This document shows positions 59,403 through 64,000 of a DNA stretch of 64,000 nt, one piece after another (position 1 is the first letter of the stretch; every line of letters begins with the position of its first letter). Source of the DNA: Prevotella sp. (GTDB lineage Bacteria; Bacteroidota; Bacteroidia; Bacteroidales; Bacteroidaceae); the NCBI GenBank assembly GCA_017476785.1, contig JAFUZD010000069.1:2028-66027 (forward strand), in the 5' to 3' direction. A program made the position numbers and the translations under genes. The notes under the pieces were generated by a model that ran no database searches, was not told the origin of the DNA, and saw nothing but the letters and a program-made list of their open reading frames with translations.

Positions 59403-61175
59403 ATGATGAAACATCAGTGTTTGCTCAGATTCCTCTGGGCATCAGCAATGGCTTTGTCCCTCTCGGTCGCCTCGGCTTGGGTGGGAATGGAGGTCAAGCC
59501 ACTCCACGTTGATGGCCGCTATCTGAAGGATGCCGACGGCCATATTGTCAATCTGCACGGCTTTGCGCAGACTTACAGCCCGTGGTTCAACGAGCGGGGT
59601 ACGCGCTGGAGCAACTATGATGTCAATGCCTGCCTGTCGTACAACAAGCAGAAGATTGACCAGATTCTGGCCGCTGGCTGGATGATGAGCTTCGTCCGCA
59701 TCCACTGCGACCCCTATTGGAGCAATACGCCCGGCATCCCGACCACGGGCGAGAACGACATCTCGGCTTTCTCGATGACGCGCTTCAAGAAGTATTTGCG
59801 CGAAGTCTTCATCCCGATGGCGCTCTATGCTCAGCAGAAAGGGCTCTACGTGGTGATGCGCCCGCCGGGCGTCTGCCCGGAGAACATTGCCGAGGGCGAC
59901 GCCTATCAGCAGTATCTGCTGCAAGTGTGGGATGTCATCGCCCAGCAACCCGAGCTGAAGGACAATCCTGCCATTATGTACGAACTGGCCAATGAGCCCA
60001 TCCACATCACGGCCACTGCAGGGAAAAGCGAGAGCCAGTCGCTGCACGACTTCTTCCAAGCCGTCACCGACGTGGTGCGCCAGCACTGCCAGAACATCAT
60101 TCTCGTGCCCGGAACGGGCTGGCAGTCGCAGTATGGAGCCTATGCCGAGCATCCCATTACGGGCGGCAACATCGGCTATGCCGTCCACTGCTACCCGGGC
60201 TGGTACAACAGTGGCGTAGAGGGCAACGTCAGTGTCAACTATCAGGACTTCCGCCGTGGCTGGCGCGCGCAGATAGGATGTGTGGCCCGTTTCGCCCCCA
60301 TCGTCGTCACCGAGATGGACTGGGCACCAGCCGACTACAATGCCTCGTGGGGCAAGGCCGTCACGGGCGAGGCCGGCGGCACAGGCTTCGGAGCCAACTT
60401 CCGCAAGATTACCGACGAGACGGGCAACGTCAGCTGGCTGCTCTTTACCGAGTGCCATCTGCTGGCACAGTTTGTCGACCAAGCCCCCGCCAACGGGCAG
60501 TACACTTTCCTCACCGACCCCGAGGCCTGTCCGTGGCCCTGCTACCACTGGTATCAGGAGTACGCCACGAAAGAGTGGCAGGAGACTGACTATGGGGGCA
60601 CGTCGGGCCGCTTCCCCCTGACGGCCGACGACTTCAATCCCAGCATCTGGGAGACGGGCACCTTCAACGAGGCCACCCGCACGTTGCACACCGGCCAGTA
60701 TGGCTTCGGCGGATGGGAGTATGCGCCGGCCGAAGACTTCTCGGCCTATCGCTACATCGTGGTCGAACTGGATGCGCCACAGAGCTGTGGCGCTTCGTTC
60801 CGCATCTTCGACGAGCAGAGCTACTGGTCGAAGCCCTTTGCCGTCGACTTCGGTACGCAGACGCGCCTCGTCATCGACCTGCACACGATGAAGAAGCAAG
60901 ACACGGGAGCCGCCTGCGACCCCAGCCACATCTACCGCGTAGGCTTCTGGTCGTATGGCAGTGGCGACATCCGTATCGGCAGCGTCTACTTGAGCAACGA
61001 CGGCGTTACGCCCGTTGAGACGCTCATCGCGGCTCCCGGCATACAGTCGCCCGTCGCCGATGTCTACACACTCAGCGGCCGGTTGGTCCGTCGCAGCGTA
61101 GCCGTCTCCTCCGCTTTGCAGGGTCTGCCCCGCGGCCTTTATATCATAGGAGGCAGGAAAGTGATGGTGAAATAA
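59403..61175 (+). CDS. GH5 glycoside hydrolase with C-terminal CBM-like domain and T9SS signal
   Basis: LHVDGRYLKD, YELANEP, YAVHCYPGW, VVTEMDW; VYTLSGRLVR..GLYIIGGRKVMVK. Confidence 0.88.
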   Translation: MMKHQCLLRFLWASAMALSLSVASAWVGMEVKPLHVDGRYLKDADGHIVNLHGFAQTYSPWFNERGTRWSNYDVNACLSYNKQKIDQILAAGWMMSFVRIHCDPYWSNTPGIPTTGENDISAFSMTRFKKYLREVFIPMALYAQQKGLYVVMRPPGVCPENIAEGDAYQQYLLQVWDVIAQQPELKDNPAIMYELANEPIHITATAGKSESQSLHDFFQAVTDVVRQHCQNIILVPGTGWQSQYGAYAEHPITGGNIGYAVHCYPGWYNSGVEGNVSVNYQDFRRGWRAQIGCVARFAPIVVTEMDWAPADYNASWGKAVTGEAGGTGFGANFRKITDETGNVSWLLFTECHLLAQFVDQAPANGQYTFLTDPEACPWPCYHWYQEYATKEWQETDYGGTSGRFPLTADDFNPSIWETGTFNEATRTLHTGQYGFGGWEYAPAEDFSAYRYIVVELDAPQSCGASFRIFDEQSYWSKPFAVDFGTQTRLVIDLHTMKKQDTGAACDPSHIYRVGFWSYGSGDIRIGSVYLSNDGVTPVETLIAAPGIQSPVADVYTLSGRLVRRSVAVSSALQGLPRGLYIIGGRKVMVK

Positions 61176-61191
61176 GACGATGTGATAAACG

Positions 61192-61234
61192 AAATGCGGG
61201 ATGTACTGCTGATGCGGCGCATCCCGCATTTTTT
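61192..61234 (+). terminator. Intrinsic terminator closing the PUL
   Basis: aaatgcgggatg...catcccgcatttttt. Confidence 0.8.
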
Positions 61235-61309
61235 AAAAAGTAAGCAGCCAAGCATTGTCAACTGGAAAATAATGCTTATCTTTGCTGCCAAGAAATAAAG
61301 GAGAGAAAG

Positions 61310-61525
61310 ATGGATCAATACAGAATCCCCTATATGAATATGATTGTGCGCGAGTTCGGTCGTCGCTACAAGATGACGGTGCAGCAGGCGTTTCGCTATC
61401 TGTATCGGTTTAAGGGTATTCAGCATCTGGACGACTTCTACGACGTGGAGCACTTGCTGCCCGTCGACGACACGTTGCACGGCTTGGTGGCCGTATGCCA
61501 TAAGAACGGAGGACGGCTCAGATGA
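61310..61525 (+). CDS. DUF3791-family protein
   Basis: I.EFGRRYKMTVQQAFRYLYRFKGIQHLDDFYDVEHLL; promoter TATCTTTG at 61277. Confidence 0.8.
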   Translation: MDQYRIPYMNMIVREFGRRYKMTVQQAFRYLYRFKGIQHLDDFYDVEHLLPVDDTLHGLVAVCHKNGGRLR

Positions 61526-61992
61526 AACTCTACCACGGAACGAACCACGACTTCCATCAGATAAACCTCGCCAAGTCGCTGCCCTATAAAGACTTCGGCC
61601 GCGGATTCTATCTGACCGACCTCGAGCCGCAAGCCCGCAGGATGGCAATGCGCAAGGCCAGTGCATTCGGTGGCACACCGGTAGTGCAGCAGTATCAGTT
61701 TGACGAAAGTCGACAGACCGACGGCTCGCTGGACGTGCTGCAATTCGAAATGCCCACGATAGAGTGGGCACGGTTCATTTTCGGCAACAGAAGCCGCGAA
61801 ACCCATTTCACCCATCAATACGACATCGTGATTGGCCCTATAGCAGACGACGGCGTTGCATTCCTCATCAACCAGTACCAATCTGGCGCCATCACCATAG
61901 CGCAGTTTGCCCGAATGTTGAAGTACCGCAAGCTGAGCCGACAATACTACTTCGGAACGGCGCGAGCCATTAAATTATTAGAACGGATATGA
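61522..61992 (+). CDS. DUF3990-family protein (ADP-ribosyltransferase-like)
   Basis: MKLYHGT, DFGRGFYLT, QA, EWARFI..NR, YDIVIGPIADD, QYYF. Confidence 0.85.
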   Translation: MKLYHGTNHDFHQINLAKSLPYKDFGRGFYLTDLEPQARRMAMRKASAFGGTPVVQQYQFDESRQTDGSLDVLQFEMPTIEWARFIFGNRSRETHFTHQYDIVIGPIADDGVAFLINQYQSGAITIAQFARMLKYRKLSRQYYFGTARAIKLLERI

Positions 61993-62225
61993 CAAAGGCT
62001 CAGAAGAAAGACTCTCTTATAGCGTATGCCATTGACAGGATGACCGAGTTCTTGATGGCCGAGTACCACTTGACTGCTCCCGAGGCGATGAACTTCATCT
62101 ACAACTCCACCACCCTGCAGCTCATACAGGCTCCCCGCAACGGCCTCTATGCAGAAAGTCCCTCGTACCTCTACGAGATACTGAAGACCGAATACACCAA
62201 CGGCATCCTGCCGTTTACCCATTGA
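61989..62225 (+). CDS. DUF3791-like small helical protein
   Basis: L.AEY.L...EAMNFIYNS.T...I.....GLY.ESPSYLYE. Confidence 0.75.
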   Translation: MTKAQKKDSLIAYAIDRMTEFLMAEYHLTAPEAMNFIYNSTTLQLIQAPRNGLYAESPSYLYEILKTEYTNGILPFTH

Positions 62226-62353
62226 CGGCCTCTTTCTCCTCAATCCTTTTCCCGCGGCCTCTATGTCATTGGTGGGAAGAAATTTTCTTAGGGGTTATAG
62301 ACTTGCTCGTAGAACATCCCCCTTTGTCTGTTTTCATCGCCTCTGAAGCGTTT

Positions 62354-62441
62354 CTCCGAAGGCTGCGTAGCGATGCTCCGCGCCCTTCGGAGCATCGCTA
62401 CGCAGCCTTTGAAGCAACACTCCGCGGCCTCTGGAACACGG
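62354..62441. repeat. Four 22-bp-period units including a perfect 22-bp inverted repeat
   Basis: ctcc/ctac at 62354, 62376, 62398, 62420; 62359-62380 is the exact reverse complement of 62388-62409. Confidence 0.85.
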
Positions 62442-62454
62442 GCGGGGCGGGTGT

Positions 62455-64000
62455 CTATGGCCGCAGACCGTCGTTGTTCATCCGCGTCATATACTGTTGG
62501 ATGATGGCTTTCAGCTCGCGTTCCATCTGCGGCTGCTGGCTGACGCGCCCGCGTAGGTTGTGCTGCATCAGGCTGTCGGTCAGCGCATAGACGGCGCGTG
62601 TCTGCTGACCGTCGAACTGGAGCACGTAGCCATTTTTGACGTATTGGTAGATGCCGTTCAGATAGTTGACGGCCCACGTGTCTTCGGCAGGCGTATTGAG
62701 CACGTCGATGCCGAAGGCAAAGGCCGGCTTCTGATAGCCCACCAGCGCAAGTACGGTGGGCAGGATGTCAATCTGCTGGGCAATCTTGGGCTCCACGCGC
62801 GGGCTGAGCAGTCCGCCGGGGGTATAGATGATGATGGGCGAGCAGAATCCGCCGAGGTCGGTCTGATAGTAGGCGTGATCGCTCAGGTTGGTGTGGTCGC
62901 TGGTCAGGACGAAGATGGTGTTCTGGAACCACGGCTGCTGCCGTGCCGTCTCGAAGAAGCGCTGCAGCGCCATATCCGCGTAGCGGATGCATTTGTGGAT
63001 TTTGAGCCCCTCCTCGGGATAGTCGTCGGCATACTGGGCGGGAATCTTATAGGGATTGTGCGACGAGGCGGTGAAGACGGCCGTCATAAAGGGCTGGCGC
63101 ATCTCGCTCATCTTTGCGGCGTAGTATTGCAGGAACGGCTCGTCCCAGATGGCCCACGTGCCGTCGAAGTCGCGCTCGCCGCCGAAGCGCTGGTCGGCCA
63201 CGTAGTCCTCGCGGCCGTAGTATTGCTGGAATCCCGTGGCGCGGGCAAAGGCTTGGAACCCCATTGAGCCGCGCTGTGCACCGTGGAAGAAGGCCGTCTG
63301 GTAGCCCTCGGCCGCCAGCAGCGAGGCCAGTCCGTCCACGTGGTTCATTGAGGCCGGGGTGAGGAAGAAGGGCTCGATGAACATCGGGATGCTGCTGAGA
63401 ATCGACGGCATCCCGTCAATCGACTTGCGGCCGTTGCAGTACGAGTGCTCGAAGGTGACGCTCTGTGCAATGAGCGAGTCGACGAAGGGCGTGTAGCCGC
63501 GGTAGCGTCCGTTCTCCAGCGTGCGGTTGAGGGCACCGATGTATTCGCGGCCGAAGCTCTCGACGATGAGGACTACGACGTTGAACCTCCCCCGACCTTT
63601 CTCAAGAAGGGGAGTGCCTTCACGGGGTTCGGTGATGGGCGTGTAGACCGCGGCCAGCTCTTCCTCGCTGTCGAAGTAGTGGGGGACGACGAAGACCGAC
63701 TTGCCGATGGTGCGGTAGAGCGAGAAGGGCGTGTTGAGCACGAGTGCCGCCTCAGTGGGGCGGTTGACATACTGGTTGGCATTGCTGATGGTGATGGGGC
63801 GCACGGCCGTGGTGAATCCGCCGCGGATGCCTGCCACGACAAAAGGAGCCAGTGCGGCGAGCGAGAGCAGGGTGGCGGCGTCGTAGTGCCACCACGTCAG
63901 TTCGGCGGCGTGCAGTCGCGGCCTCCGGTAGAGCCGCGCCATCAGCCATACGGCGAGGACGAACAGCACCACCAGATACCAGTGGCTGAGTGCCTCGTTG
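62455..64000 (-). CDS. LTA synthase family / sulfatase-like membrane protein (5' end outside the window)
   Basis: IRGG, NVVVLIVESF, YTPFVDSL, NGRKSIDG, TASSHNP, TSDH, QQIDILPTVL. Confidence 0.9.
   Translation of the reverse strand, partial: NEALSHWYLVVLFVLAVWLMARLYRRPRLHAAELTWWHYDAATLLSLAALAPFVVAGIRGGFTTAVRPITISNANQYVNRPTEAALVLNTPFSLYRTIGKSVFVVPHYFDSEEELAAVYTPITEPREGTPLLEKGRGRFNVVVLIVESFGREYIGALNRTLENGRYRGYTPFVDSLIAQSVTFEHSYCNGRKSIDGMPSILSSIPMFIEPFFLTPASMNHVDGLASLLAAEGYQTAFFHGAQRGSMGFQAFARATGFQQYYGREDYVADQRFGGERDFDGTWAIWDEPFLQYYAAKMSEMRQPFMTAVFTASSHNPYKIPAQYADDYPEEGLKIHKCIRYADMALQRFFETARQQPWFQNTIFVLTSDHTNLSDHAYYQTDLGGFCSPIIIYTPGGLLSPRVEPKIAQQIDILPTVLALVGYQKPAFAFGIDVLNTPAEDTWAVNYLNGIYQYVKNGYVLQFDGQQTRAVYALTDSLMQHNLRGRVSQQPQMERELKAIIQQYMTRMNNDGLRP
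63586..63618. repeat. Degenerate REP-like palindrome translated within the LTA synthase gene
   Basis: cctcccccgacctttctcaagaaggggagtgcc resembles 6068-6099; encodes GTPLLEKGRGR on the minus strand. Confidence 0.55.

Noticed and set aside
1-64000. tRNA, rRNA, integrase, transposase or reverse transcriptase genes
   Set aside because: None recognisable by eye in the sequence or the ORF track

Overview
This is a GC-rich Bacteroidales chromosomal window; the TAnnTTTG promoters, SusC/D pairs and hybrid two-component system (HTCS) point to a Prevotella-like organism. 1-29.4 kb holds housekeeping and envelope genes: cysS, U32 peptidase, sufE, rpoN, purE, ispG, glycosyltransferases, an EptA-like transferase, lpxL, peptidases, three FKBPs and cobB. 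29.5-34.4 kb is an AT-richer accessory patch: a second EptA-like gene, a lipoprotein, two divergent structured non-coding elements, a decayed restriction-nuclease-like gene and a DNA-binding protein/Doc pair. 34.5-61.2 kb is a xylan-type PUL: two GH43, HTCS, an inserted T9SS adhesin-like gene, tandem susC/D-susC/D, a DUF1735 lipoprotein, a CBM-interrupted GH10 and a GH5. The window ends with a DUF3791-DUF3990-DUF3791 cassette and a partial LTA-synthase-like gene. Best novelty candidates: (i) two back-to-back RNA elements sharing a pseudoknot/terminator switch topology; (ii) the three-gene ART-like cassette; (iii) four unrelated 21-22 bp-period palindromic arrays; (iv) REP-like palindromes translated inside proteins; (v) PUL-linked GUGA-loop small RNAs. 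All family calls come from motif recognition by eye; no database searches were run.
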